Virus record (IMG/VR): IMGVR_UViG_3300026198_000079
Direction: 5' to 3' (one strand)
DNA length: 64,000 nt
Origin: an uncultured virus (IMG/VR IMGVR_UViG_3300026198_000079)
Lineage: Duplodnaviria; Heunggongvirae; Uroviricota; Caudoviricetes
The translations under genes were made by a program, and so were the position numbers. Below the pieces are notes generated by a model. The model saw only the letters and a program-made list of their open reading frames with translations. It was not told where the DNA came from and did not search any database. Positions 19,364-28,457 of this stretch are shown here, one piece after another; within the stretch, counting starts at the first letter, position 1, and every line of letters begins with the position of its first letter.

Positions 19364-19945
19364 TTACTCGCCGCTGCTTTCGGTCGAAATCTCATATACC
19401 GAGTTGTACCATGCGTCATAGACAGCCGCCGTGGTGTTCGTCCCGGTCTTGACCTTCACCAGTCCGCTCGGCAGAGGGGAAACAGTCAGCGAGAGTGTTT
19501 CTGTCTGCACCTCGGTAGAATCCTCGCGGGTATTGCCGGATACGGAAGGACGGCTCGCCGAGCAGTAATACATACAGTGGCGGATCTTCCTCTGGTCACC
19601 CGTAAACTCGAAAAGCAGTGCAAAATGCTCCGGCTCCACGTCCTTGTTCTCATAGAGAACGCCGTTGCTGTCCTCGGTCTCGTGCATGATGTCCGTAAGA
19701 AAACTCTCCGGGATGAGCGCAAGCTCCAGATCGCCGGAATAGCCGTTGTTGTCCGATACCATGTAGTACACGGAATCATCGGCGTAGAACGGCTCGTTTT
19801 CACCCTCCGCGTCAAGCGAAAGGGATACTGCGCCAGGCATAGCCACGGGCGTGCCGAATGTGGCGGTACCGTCATCCGCAAGCGTGACCAGTGCGTAATG
19901 GCAGTTCTTCAGACCGAACTTGACTTTGTTCTTTTTCGTTGCCAT
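19364..19945 (-). CDS. Major tail protein (phi13 family)
   Basis: NKVKFGLKN, FYADD, YSGDLELA. Confidence 0.9.
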   Translation of the reverse strand: MATKKNKVKFGLKNCHYALVTLADDGTATFGTPVAMPGAVSLSLDAEGENEPFYADDSVYYMVSDNNGYSGDLELALIPESFLTDIMHETEDSNGVLYENKDVEPEHFALLFEFTGDQRKIRHCMYYCSASRPSVSGNTREDSTEVQTETLSLTVSPLPSGLVKVKTGTNTTAAVYDAWYNSVYEISTESSGE

Positions 19946-19947
19946 AG

Positions 19948-20286
19948 TCAGTTACCTCCTAAAATTTCTGTTTGATAAAGCACTTCATACATCTTTTCCG
20001 ATTCGATCCAGTACTCCGACTTCTCATAAGGGATCTCGTAGGAGTCCAGGATGTCCTCGATTGTTTCTTCCGTTTCCGGCGACTTTTCGTCCGTGTACAG
20101 TTCGATGTTCAGCTGGTTGATCTTCTGCCACACCTTGTTGTCGGCGAACATATTGTCCGTCCCCGGAAATAGGAAGATTAAAAAAGGCGGATCGGGACTT
20201 TCGCCCTCCGCAAAATGGTCATACGCAAGAGGAAGGTTTGCCTCCTCCAGCATGGTTACGATTTCTTCGTGTGTCATAGGCATCAC
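19948..20286 (-). CDS. Tail completion/terminator protein
   Basis: AYDHFAEG, ELYTDEK, YIESEKMYEVLY-like C-terminus; synteny. Confidence 0.75.
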   Translation of the reverse strand: MMPMTHEEIVTMLEEANLPLAYDHFAEGESPDPPFLIFLFPGTDNMFADNKVWQKINQLNIELYTDEKSPETEETIEDILDSYEIPYEKSEYWIESEKMYEVLYQTEILGGN

Positions 20287-20663
20287 CCTTTCAGCTTCTG
20301 CTCGATGGTCTTTACCAGCTTTTCGTTTCCTGCCTGTTCAGCGGGAGCGATATGCGGTCTTGCCGCGACCCTTCCTCCGCCTCGCTTGGCGTGGCCATGT
20401 TCCAGAAGGTGCGCTATCTGATAGCGGTTTTTGGAATGCACCACCAGGTCGATGGTTTCCGAGGATTCCTTCACAGTCTTTACCGACCACGATTTTTTAT
20501 ATTTCCCCGTGCGTGACGGAGCGGACGCCTGGATGTCCTTGCGTACCGACTGCGCCGTCTCTTTCACGGCGGCTTTCAGTTCATCGGCGGCAAGATCGGA
20601 GTACTTCGTCAGTTCCTCCATGATGGCGTCCGCCATGCCGTCCACGGATACCCGGCGGCTCAT
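20283..20663 (-). CDS. HK97 gp10-family neck protein
   Basis: APSRTGKY, HLLEHGH, ARPHIAPA. Confidence 0.85.
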   Translation of the reverse strand: MSRRVSVDGMADAIMEELTKYSDLAADELKAAVKETAQSVRKDIQASAPSRTGKYKKSWSVKTVKESSETIDLVVHSKNRYQIAHLLEHGHAKRGGGRVAARPHIAPAEQAGNEKLVKTIEQKLKG

Positions 20664-21013
20664 GACTGTCCCTCCAGTTCGCAGGAAAACTTGATGCTGT
20701 TATGCTTGAAGCCCATCGGATTCACATAAATGATGTTATAGGTCTTACCCTCGCAGACGATCCTGTATTTCGTGGATTCCACGGCGGCAAGTTCGGAACA
20801 CCACCTGCAGGTAAAGGAAAGAGACTCTTCGGAACGGATAACAACGCCCGTGCTTTCAGAGCCGCTCCCCGTCCCGCTTACCGCATTGTTGGAGCCTGCG
20901 GTCGCCCAGCAGGAGAAATAATCCGCCCAGCCGGTTTTGTGGTTTCCGTATTTGTCGACGATGGCCGTATTTTTCTGGAAAGTGACGCGCACCCGCATGG
21001 CTGCTATATTCAT
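20660..21013 (-). CDS. Head closure / head-tail adaptor
   Basis: Size, synteny, DKYGN, YRIVCEGKTYNI. Confidence 0.8.
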   Translation of the reverse strand: MNIAAMRVRVTFQKNTAIVDKYGNHKTGWADYFSCWATAGSNNAVSGTGSGSESTGVVIRSEESLSFTCRWCSELAAVESTKYRIVCEGKTYNIIYVNPMGFKHNSIKFSCELEGQS

Positions 21014-21303
21014 CAGAATTCCTCCTCCCGTATACCGAAAAGAAGGGAGCGGAGCGTCAGGTTCAGCGCGCTGTGGTCTGCCTCCTCACGATGCTCATAG
21101 AGATATGCGACCGTAAAAAGGATGGCTATCCGCACACGGGCAAGGGTATCTTCATCGGCGGCATCCCAGTCATCATCCGAGAGCCGCGACATATCCTGTA
21201 CCAGCTTTTCCGCCGTAGATATAAAATTCGTGATAAGGTCATCCTCATCGGAATAGTCCACACGAAGATAGGTCTTTGCCTCATCAAGCGTGATAATTGC
21301 CAT
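21013..21303 (-). CDS. Head-tail connector (gp6-like)
   Basis: ITLDEAKTYLRVD..DEDDLI, YLYEHRE. Confidence 0.88.
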   Translation of the reverse strand: MAIITLDEAKTYLRVDYSDEDDLITNFISTAEKLVQDMSRLSDDDWDAADEDTLARVRIAILFTVAYLYEHREEADHSALNLTLRSLLFGIREEEF

Positions 21304-21317
21304 AGTCTCACTCCCTT

Positions 21318-21424
21318 CTCGTCCTCGCAAGTTCCGTATCGTTCGTTTTCGTGCAAACACGAAAGCTCACTCACTTCACTGCTCGTCCTCTCCCCAACAA
21401 GCCTTACGGCTTGCCGGGAACCCC
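21318..21424 (-). repeat. ~105-nt structured intergenic element, phage copy
   Basis: GGGG-hairpin-GGGGAGAGGA...inner hairpin...GACGAG; same layout as three ICE copies. Confidence 0.7.
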
Positions 21425-21474
21425 ATTGTGCCGCCCGCAGGATCGCTCCCACGGACGGCTCGGTTGCCCGGTTA

Positions 21475-21699
21475 TTATTCGTCCGCTGCCATAAGTCCGG
21501 AAGTCTTCAGCTTTGCCAGCAGACCATTGAAGTCCTCTTTCAGAGCAGCCACAGTCGTTGCCTCGCTGTCTGCCTGGTTTTCCGCAGGAGTGGAAAGGAG
21601 CCCCTCCACAGAGGCTCCTTCCTCGATGATCAGCGTTCCTCCGATGTGTGTGATGTCACCGCCCTGTTCGGTATAATTCTTTGCGTTATACTCGCTCAT
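21475..21699 (-). CDS. Head fibre/decoration-like small protein
   Basis: YNAKNYTEQGG, LKEDFNGLLAKLK; follows the capsid gene. Confidence 0.7.
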   Translation of the reverse strand: MSEYNAKNYTEQGGDITHIGGTLIIEEGASVEGLLSTPAENQADSEATTVAALKEDFNGLLAKLKTSGLMAADE

Positions 21700-21712
21700 A
21701 GCCTTGTCCTCC

Positions 21713-22894
21713 TTACGCTTTCATCTGCAGGAGCTGGATGCCCTCGGCGAGGATGACCTTGCCGTCCACACGCTCAGTGGCCACATAACCGATCTGACCG
21801 TTGGTAGCATAAAGCTCGTTCAGGCGCTGAACCGTTCTGCCCGCACGGTCGCCGATCCAGTAGTTCTGGAAATCACCGAATGCAACGGTATACGCACCCG
21901 CCGCCATAGTAGGCGCATACGGAGAGGTATAGAGGTCATAGCCGAGCAGCTTGTCAGGCTCTCCCGCCTGGAGGGAAGGCTGCCACAGATACACGCCGTT
22001 GCCGTCCTTCAGCTTGCGGATGGCGGAGATGGTCGCATCGTTCATGAGGAACTTTGCGTTCCTGCGATACGGAGCCTTGAGCGCGTATACGAGGTTGATA
22101 AGCTCATCCGCTGTGATGGCATTGTTTGCCGCAGCGGTCACGCCGACCGCGCCGCCATTGGCGGTAAAGATGCCCGTAGGACGCCCCGTGCCGTTGCCCA
22201 CGCAGAACGCCTCTTCCTCGGCAGCACCGAACGCTCTGGCGAACTCATTGGCAATATACTCCTCCAGCGGAAACGCCGCATCCTGCAGAAGTTCCACACT
22301 GATGCGGATAAGGTCGGTGAGCTTGTAGGCGTCGATCTCCTTCTGACCGAAGGTGGGATTGCTCTCGGTGAAAGCCGCATTCTCAGCAGTCCAGTTAGCT
22401 ACCGAATGGCCAACGGAAATCGGGATCTTCCTGTCATTCTGAGTCGTGATGACCTTGGCAATGGAACGAACCACGTTTACTGCGTCAAGCCCGGTCACGA
22501 TGTCGCGCTCGAACTCCTCCGGCACAAGGTAGCCGCCGTCCGCGTCGGTGCTTTCGGAAAGCACGTTGTGGATGGGAGCCTTGCCGCGAAGGTGTCTGCC
22601 GAAGTCCTCCTTATAGGCATTGGACGCGCGACCCTTCTGCATCTCGGCATTCGGCTTTTCGGGAGTCTCCTTGATGGGAGTGCCCACAGGCTTGTTCAGT
22701 TCCGCTTCCATAGCGTCCCTGCGCTCCATGCGGCGGATCTCGTTGGACAGGTCGTTCAGATCCTGTTCCATAGCGGAATAGGTGGCGTCATCCTCTGCGG
22801 ACAGGACGCCCTTGTCGTTTCTGTGGGTATCGAGGAAACCCTCCATCGTGTTCCACAGCTTTGCTCTCTTCTCACGCATTTCGATAATAGTCAT
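21713..22894 (-). CDS. Major capsid protein, HK97 fold
   Basis: N-terminal coiled-coil delta domain, DGGYLVPEEF, GNGTGRPTGI, FGDF, ERVDG. Confidence 0.95.
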   Translation of the reverse strand: MTIIEMREKRAKLWNTMEGFLDTHRNDKGVLSAEDDATYSAMEQDLNDLSNEIRRMERRDAMEAELNKPVGTPIKETPEKPNAEMQKGRASNAYKEDFGRHLRGKAPIHNVLSESTDADGGYLVPEEFERDIVTGLDAVNVVRSIAKVITTQNDRKIPISVGHSVANWTAENAAFTESNPTFGQKEIDAYKLTDLIRISVELLQDAAFPLEEYIANEFARAFGAAEEEAFCVGNGTGRPTGIFTANGGAVGVTAAANNAITADELINLVYALKAPYRRNAKFLMNDATISAIRKLKDGNGVYLWQPSLQAGEPDKLLGYDLYTSPYAPTMAAGAYTVAFGDFQNYWIGDRAGRTVQRLNELYATNGQIGYVATERVDGKVILAEGIQLLQMKA

Positions 22895-22909
22895 GATGAT
22901 TTACCTCCG

Positions 22910-23668
22910 TTAAATAAAGTTTTTGATCGTGTTGAGGCGGGCTTTCAGTTCATCGACCGAGCGTCCCGCCGGTGTGTCTGTCTGCGCATCTGCCGGGATA
23001 TCGGCTTTTTGCACAGGCTTTGCCTTGGCAGTGATTTTGTTCATCAGTGCCGCCTGTACGGTCTTCCTTGAAAACGCATAGGCGGGTACGGCAATGTCAG
23101 CGGCCTTCTCATCTTCAAGAATGCCGTCCGCAAAGCCCAACTCCACAGCCTTGTTTGCGTTCATCCAGGTTTCCGCATCCATAAGGTGCGACAGCTTCGC
23201 CCTCGAAAGACTGGTCTTGATCTCATAGGCATTGATAATGCTCTCCTTGACCTCGTCCAGCATCTCGATGGCTTTCTGCATGTCTTCATGGTCGCCCATA
23301 GCGATGGTCGCAGGATTGTGGATCATTATCAGCGCCGTGGGAGCCATCAGCACCTCGGTTCCCGCCATTGCGATGACGGAAGCCGCAGATGCCGCGATGC
23401 CGTCGATCTTGACGGTCACGTCATCCCTGTAATCCATCAGCATGGTGTATATCTGGCTTGCCGCAATGCAGTCTCCGCCGGGCGAGTTGATCCACACTGT
23501 CACGGGACCGCTCCCGGCAAACAGCTCCTCACGGAACTGCGCGGGCGTGATATCGTCATCGAACCAGCTCTCCTCGGCGATCGTGCCGTACAGTTCAAGC
23601 ACCCTTGCCTCGGTTCCGCCGTCGTCCGCCTGGTTCTTCCACGCCCAGAACTTCTTCGTCTGACTCAT
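22910..23668 (-). CDS. Head maturation protease, ClpP-like
   Basis: INSPGGD, GIAASAASVIAMAG, MIHNP, ETWM. Confidence 0.92.
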   Translation of the reverse strand: MSQTKKFWAWKNQADDGGTEARVLELYGTIAEESWFDDDITPAQFREELFAGSGPVTVWINSPGGDCIAASQIYTMLMDYRDDVTVKIDGIAASAASVIAMAGTEVLMAPTALIMIHNPATIAMGDHEDMQKAIEMLDEVKESIINAYEIKTSLSRAKLSHLMDAETWMNANKAVELGFADGILEDEKAADIAVPAYAFSRKTVQAALMNKITAKAKPVQKADIPADAQTDTPAGRSVDELKARLNTIKNFI

Positions 23669-24929
23669 TGGCTTCTTCCTCCTTCCCTTGGTCAGTAGTT
23701 GTATCTGCAAAAGCACCCGCCCTGTTAAGCGGGAGCATGTTGCCGTTTACGAGGTAGAGATCGCCGCCGTCTTCCGCAGGGATGCGGTCAAGATTCTCAA
23801 GCTCCCGGATGTCGTTTGCGCTCATCCAGCCGTTCTGCCTTGCCGTGGCATACCCGCTCATGCGGCTCTGGTAATCTCCACGGAGCAGCCCTTCCACGTT
23901 GAACTTCACGAAGTATGTTTTCTTCTCCTCCGGCGTCAGGAGCGTCCGCTGTATGGACTGTTCCCATCTGACCACCCAGGGATCGAGCGTGTACTTCACA
24001 AACTCAAGGGACTGCTGCTCTATATTGGAAAAACTCGACTTCTCAAGGTCTCCCACCATGTGCGGAGGCACTCTGAAAATCCGGGCTATTTCATTGATCT
24101 GGAACTTTCTCGTTTCCAGAAACTGCGCCTGTTCCGGCGAGATGGAGATAGGCGTGTACTTAAGCCCCTCCTCCAGAACGGCGATCTTGTTGCTGTTTGC
24201 CGACCCTCCAAACTGGCTCATCCATGACTCGCGCACCCTCTGCGGGTCCTTGATCGTTCCGGGATGCTCCAGCACACCGCTCGGCGCCGCGCCGTTTGCG
24301 AAGAACTTGCTGCCGTATTCCTCGGTTGCAATCGCAAGCCCGATGGCGTTCTTTGCCATCGCGATCGGCGAGTATCCCACCAGACCGTCAAAGCCGAGTC
24401 CGGGGATATGCAGCACATCGGAAGGATGGAGCGTCACCGTATAGGTGTTGTCCTTCGGCAGCTCTTCCTGGGATTTCTGATAGGTGTAATAAAGCTGTCC
24501 TGTCTCATCCCTGCTGACGGTCATCTTGTTCGGCATCAGCGGATACAGCGCCACGACCTCACCCTTGCCGTTGCGGATGATCTGCGCATAGGCGTTTCCC
24601 CAAAGCAAAAGATGAGTCATCAGTGTTTCCCTGAACACGAATGAACTCATCTCCGGGTTCGGCTCGTCATGGAGCAGAAGGTATAATGGATGATCGAGCG
24701 CCTTTTCCTTGCCGCCGTCATCCTTGTAGCGGTACATATGGAGCGGAAGTCCCGCGATTGCCTCCGACAGGATACGCACACAGGCATACACCGCTGTCAT
24801 CTGCATCGCGCTCCGCTCCGTCACCACCTTGCCGGACGAGCTGCCGCCCATGTAAAAGGCGTATCTCGAACCGACCGTGCTGTCGGTGGGCTTATCCCTT
24901 GACCGAAATAAACCGCTGAATATTCCCAT
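23595..24929 (-). CDS. Portal protein, HK97 family
   Basis: AVYACVRILSE, PNPEM, VLHI, IARIFRVPPH. Confidence 0.95.
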   Translation of the reverse strand: MGIFSGLFRSRDKPTDSTVGSRYAFYMGGSSSGKVVTERSAMQMTAVYACVRILSEAIAGLPLHMYRYKDDGGKEKALDHPLYLLLHDEPNPEMSSFVFRETLMTHLLLWGNAYAQIIRNGKGEVVALYPLMPNKMTVSRDETGQLYYTYQKSQEELPKDNTYTVTLHPSDVLHIPGLGFDGLVGYSPIAMAKNAIGLAIATEEYGSKFFANGAAPSGVLEHPGTIKDPQRVRESWMSQFGGSANSNKIAVLEEGLKYTPISISPEQAQFLETRKFQINEIARIFRVPPHMVGDLEKSSFSNIEQQSLEFVKYTLDPWVVRWEQSIQRTLLTPEEKKTYFVKFNVEGLLRGDYQSRMSGYATARQNGWMSANDIRELENLDRIPAEDGGDLYLVNGNMLPLNRAGAFADTTTDQGKEEEANESDEEVLGVEEPGGRRRNRGKGA

Positions 24930-24948
24930 ATCTCATCACGCTCCTTCC

Positions 24949-26559
24949 TCATATAAACAAAATCCCACGGGAGTCATACACGCTCTCGTGAGATTCATTG
25001 CCGCACCGGATCGCCCGGTCGAGTGCCATGATGGTCGCAATCGCGCCATCGATCTTTTCTGTCGATTTTTCCTTGTCTGCCTTGATGTTTCCGGCTGGAT
25101 CGGTACGGATGAAGATGTTGTCCATCATCCACCGCAGGACGGGATGCCCGCCGTGTGCGATCTTCTCCTCCAAAGTCAGCTTCATCAGTTCCTTGGTCGG
25201 CGGGGACATATCCTTAAATCCCTGTCCGAACGGAACGACCGTAAATCCCATGCCCTCAAGGTTCTGCACCATCTGCACCGCTCCCCAGCGGTCAAATGCG
25301 ATCTCGCGGATGTTGAACCGCTCTCCCAGCCGCTCGATAAATTTTTCAATATATCCGTAGTGAACAACATTGCCCTCCGTGGTCATCAGAAGTCCCTGCC
25401 GCTCCCACAGATCATAGGGAACATGGTCTCGCTTTACACGAAGGTCAACGGTCTCCTCCGGTATCCAGAAGAACGGAAGGATGCTGTATTTATCCTCCTC
25501 ATCCTGCGGCGGGAACACCAGAACGAACGCCGTAATATCCGTTGTGGACGAGAGGTCAAGACCGCCGTAACAGACACGACCCTCCAGATCATCCTCGGAA
25601 ACAGGGAACGCACAGGCATCCCACTTGTCCATCGGCATCCATCTGACCGACTGTTTCACCCATTGATTGAGTCTTAACTGCCGGAATGCGTTCTCCTCGC
25701 CAGGATTCTGCTGTGCGGAATCACACGCCGCTTTCACCTTGTCGATACCGACCGTGATGCCGAGAGAGGGATTTGCTTTCTTCCAGACCTCCGGGTCCGT
25801 CCAGTCCTCATCCTCCGCCGCACCGTAGATAACGGAATAGAAAGTCGGATCGACCTTCCGTCCTGCTTGGATGTCCAAGGCTTTCTGATGCACCTCATAG
25901 CAGATGGAATTCGTATCATTCCCGGCTGTGGTGATCAGAAAGTAAAGCGGCTGCATCCTTGCATCGCCGGAGCCCTGTAGCATGACATCAAACAGCTTTC
26001 TGTTCGGCTGCGTGTGCAGCTCATCAAAAATAACGCCGTGGGTATTGAAACCGTGCTTGTTTGCCACATCAGCCGACAGCACCTGGTAGGAACTGTTGGT
26101 TGGCAGATAGGTTATCTTTTTCTGCGACTCCAGTATCTTCACGCGCTTGGCAAGTGCCGGGCAGAACCGCACCATATCCACAGCCACATCAAAGACGATC
26201 TTTGCCTGGTTCCTGTCGGCGGCACAGCCGTACACCTCGGCGCGTTCTTCGCCGTCTCCGCAGAGGAGAAGGAGTGCCACCGCCGCCGCAAGCTCGCTCT
26301 TGCCCTGTTTCTTCGGTATCTCGATGTATGCCGTGTTGAACTGGCGGTAACCATTGGGCTTCAAGATACCAAAAAGGTCACGGATGATCTGCTCCTGCCA
26401 GTCGATCAGTTCAAAGGGCTTTCCCGCCCATGTGCCTTTGGTGTGGCAGAGCGACTCGATGAACATGACGGCATAATCCGCAGCCTCCTTGTCATAGCGG
26501 GAGGTCTTCGCCATAAGCTGTGTCGGTTTGTATTTCTTCAGTTTTCTCGTAATGCTCAC
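24949..26559 (-). CDS. terL: Terminase large subunit (start codon uncertain)
   Basis: KKQGKS Walker A, FDELH Walker B, GLDLS, KIDG nuclease motifs. Confidence 0.95.
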   Translation of the reverse strand: MSITRKLKKYKPTQLMAKTSRYDKEAADYAVMFIESLCHTKGTWAGKPFELIDWQEQIIRDLFGILKPNGYRQFNTAYIEIPKKQGKSELAAAVALLLLCGDGEERAEVYGCAADRNQAKIVFDVAVDMVRFCPALAKRVKILESQKKITYLPTNSSYQVLSADVANKHGFNTHGVIFDELHTQPNRKLFDVMLQGSGDARMQPLYFLITTAGNDTNSICYEVHQKALDIQAGRKVDPTFYSVIYGAAEDEDWTDPEVWKKANPSLGITVGIDKVKAACDSAQQNPGEENAFRQLRLNQWVKQSVRWMPMDKWDACAFPVSEDDLEGRVCYGGLDLSSTTDITAFVLVFPPQDEEDKYSILPFFWIPEETVDLRVKRDHVPYDLWERQGLLMTTEGNVVHYGYIEKFIERLGERFNIREIAFDRWGAVQMVQNLEGMGFTVVPFGQGFKDMSPPTKELMKLTLEEKIAHGGHPVLRWMMDNIFIRTDPAGNIKADKEKSTEKIDGAIATIMALDRAIRCGNESHESVYDSRGILFI

Positions 26560-26670
26560 CTCCCGAATGGCATAAAAAATGACCTGCCAATGGCAAGCCG
26601 TCCATAAATCTATCTGTACGAGAGACAGAGCCTTCCGGCTCGTCCCTTTGGTTATTCGTTTTTCTGTATC

Positions 26671-26949
26671 TTACTGCTGCATCGCCCAGGCAATCGCGTG
26701 GCCATCATCCTCGAACTCGACCTCGCTTGCCGCATAAAGCCCGATGGTGCTTTCGCAGTCGTGCCTGCCGTCCTCAAGGTACTCGTAAACCGCTCCGAAG
26801 TAGGAAGGCTTGTTCTGCCCGTTGTAGTAATACCCAGCAAGAAGCACCTTGTCTCCAAAGTTCAGCACCTTGCTCCAGCGGCATTCCAAGTCCTCTGGCG
26901 TGGTGGGGTTCGGCAGTCTGTAGGTTCTCATTGCATCGTTAATTGTCAT
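26671..26949 (-). CDS. Hypothetical protein
   Basis: 92-aa ORF with GGAGG RBS and motif A upstream. Confidence 0.75.
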   Translation of the reverse strand: MTINDAMRTYRLPNPTTPEDLECRWSKVLNFGDKVLLAGYYYNGQNKPSYFGAVYEYLEDGRHDCESTIGLYAASEVEFEDDGHAIAWAMQQ

Positions 26950-26992
26950 GGTCTTTGTCCTCCGTTTGCTTTGTTTTCCCTTTCGGTATGTA

Positions 26993-27086
26993 CATATATC
27001 ACTCTGAACGGCAATAATAGCAAGTCATTTCTGTAAAAATCCGATCTATAATCTACACAAATATCCGAAGGGGAAATTGTGTGGTT
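26993..27086 (-). promoter_or_regulatory. Motif A copy 3 with inverted-repeat box
   Basis: CTTGCTA...CAGAGTGATATATG; ACACAA...TTGTGT box. Confidence 0.75.
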
Positions 27087-27093
27087 TACACCC

Positions 27094-27570
27094 TCAGTTC
27101 ACGCTGAACCGGATGCCCATGACCTCGGTCGGCTCCTCATCGCCCCAGCGGTCTTCGTGCCGAGTGATGGTGCAAAGCCCGTCCATCGTGCAACCTTCTG
27201 CGGCAAAGGCGTGGAGGTTCTCCATCACCGCTGTGGACTGGTTGGTGTAAACAAAGGTCTGAATGCCCGCCCTGCGGAGCGTGTCGATGAAGTCGTGTAC
27301 TTCCTTTTCCCAAAGGAAATCGTCCATCTCGACCTCGTCCTCCTTGCGGCTGATGCTGCCTGCCCATGCGCGGTAGGCTTTGCTTGCACCCTGTGGGAAG
27401 GGGAAAACCGCAGCCTTGTCCTCTTCGTACCAGGCTTTCAGTTCCTCGCTGTCCCAGCCGAGGGTGTCGATGATCTGCTGCTTGCGGTTCTTCCGTTCGA
27501 CCTGTGCCTCTTCCCATGCGTAGCCGATGCGCTTCATCTCTTCAAAATAGCTGTTGTTCGTGTTCATCAT
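27094..27570 (-). CDS. Hypothetical protein
   Basis: 158-aa ORF with RBS and motif A upstream. Confidence 0.75.
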   Translation of the reverse strand: MMNTNNSYFEEMKRIGYAWEEAQVERKNRKQQIIDTLGWDSEELKAWYEEDKAAVFPFPQGASKAYRAWAGSISRKEDEVEMDDFLWEKEVHDFIDTLRRAGIQTFVYTNQSTAVMENLHAFAAEGCTMDGLCTITRHEDRWGDEEPTEVMGIRFSVN

Positions 27571-27601
27571 GGTGGTTATCCTCCGTTCGTTTTGGTATGT
27601 A

Positions 27602-27697
27602 CATATATCACTCTGAACGACGATAATAGCAAGCTATTTCTGTAGATTTCCAAGGCATAATCTACACAAATATCCACCGCAGGAATTGTGTATATTA
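27602..27697 (-). promoter_or_regulatory. Motif A copy 4 with inverted-repeat box
   Basis: Near-identical to copy 3. Confidence 0.75.
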
Positions 27698-27895
27698 CTC
27701 CTGCGTGTGACGGTGGATCGTCTCGATGATCTGTTCCTGCTCCTCGGCATCCACGCCGATGGACTGGAGCGCCTGTCTTGTTCCGCAGTCCGGGCAGATG
27801 AGCGTTTTGTTATCCGTTCTCGAAAGGGCCGGAGCGCCGTGGTAGTTCTTTCCGCACAGCGGGCAGACCGCCATCCTTATCACATTATCCTTCAT
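27695..27895 (-). CDS. Small zinc-ribbon protein
   Basis: CPLCG...ALSR..ICPDCG. Confidence 0.75.
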   Translation of the reverse strand: MKDNVIRMAVCPLCGKNYHGAPALSRTDNKTLICPDCGTRQALQSIGVDAEEQEQIIETIHRHTQE

Positions 27896-28358
27896 GGCCG
27901 CATACCTCCCTGCATTTATCGTAAGCATCGATCAGAATGTTCTTGTCGAAGTAAAAGGTGTCGTATCCCTCAAGGCAAGTCCTCATGTAGAAATTGCTCG
28001 GAACACCGATGGGACGCTCCTCGTGCATGATGTAGGCGAACGCCGTCACCGTCCTGCGCTTTCCCGTTCGGATGCCCTTGTACTTCAGCTTGATGTCCTT
28101 CTTGTAGTAGAAGGTGGGAAACCCCTCGTAGCGGTCAAGAGCCGCCTCGTCCGATTCCGTCACTTCCCAGATCACCACGGGAACCGTGCCGCCTTCGCAT
28201 TCCTCAATCGTGAGGTAGGAGCCTGTCTTGCTTCCCTTGAAAAGCAGCTCCCAGCCCGTAAGGTTCGCCGTTCCGAGGATCGTGGCGCGTGGGCAGCGCA
28301 TCCGCATCTGCGGAACGTTGAGGTTGCTGCCGTAAGCGATGTAGTATCTCTTTGCCAT
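27885..28358 (-). CDS. Gamma-glutamylcyclotransferase (AIG2-like)
   Basis: YIAYGSNL, LDRYEG motifs. Confidence 0.88.
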   Translation of the reverse strand: MAKRYYIAYGSNLNVPQMRMRCPRATILGTANLTGWELLFKGSKTGSYLTIEECEGGTVPVVIWEVTESDEAALDRYEGFPTFYYKKDIKLKYKGIRTGKRRTVTAFAYIMHEERPIGVPSNFYMRTCLEGYDTFYFDKNILIDAYDKCREVCGHEG

Positions 28359-28457
28359 AGTCGTTACCGTCCTTTCTGAAGGACTTAGGTTACTTGTCCT
28401 TCTACCACCTTAAGACCGCCGAAGCGGTCAGAAGGCAGGGCATTTAACCTAAGTCCT

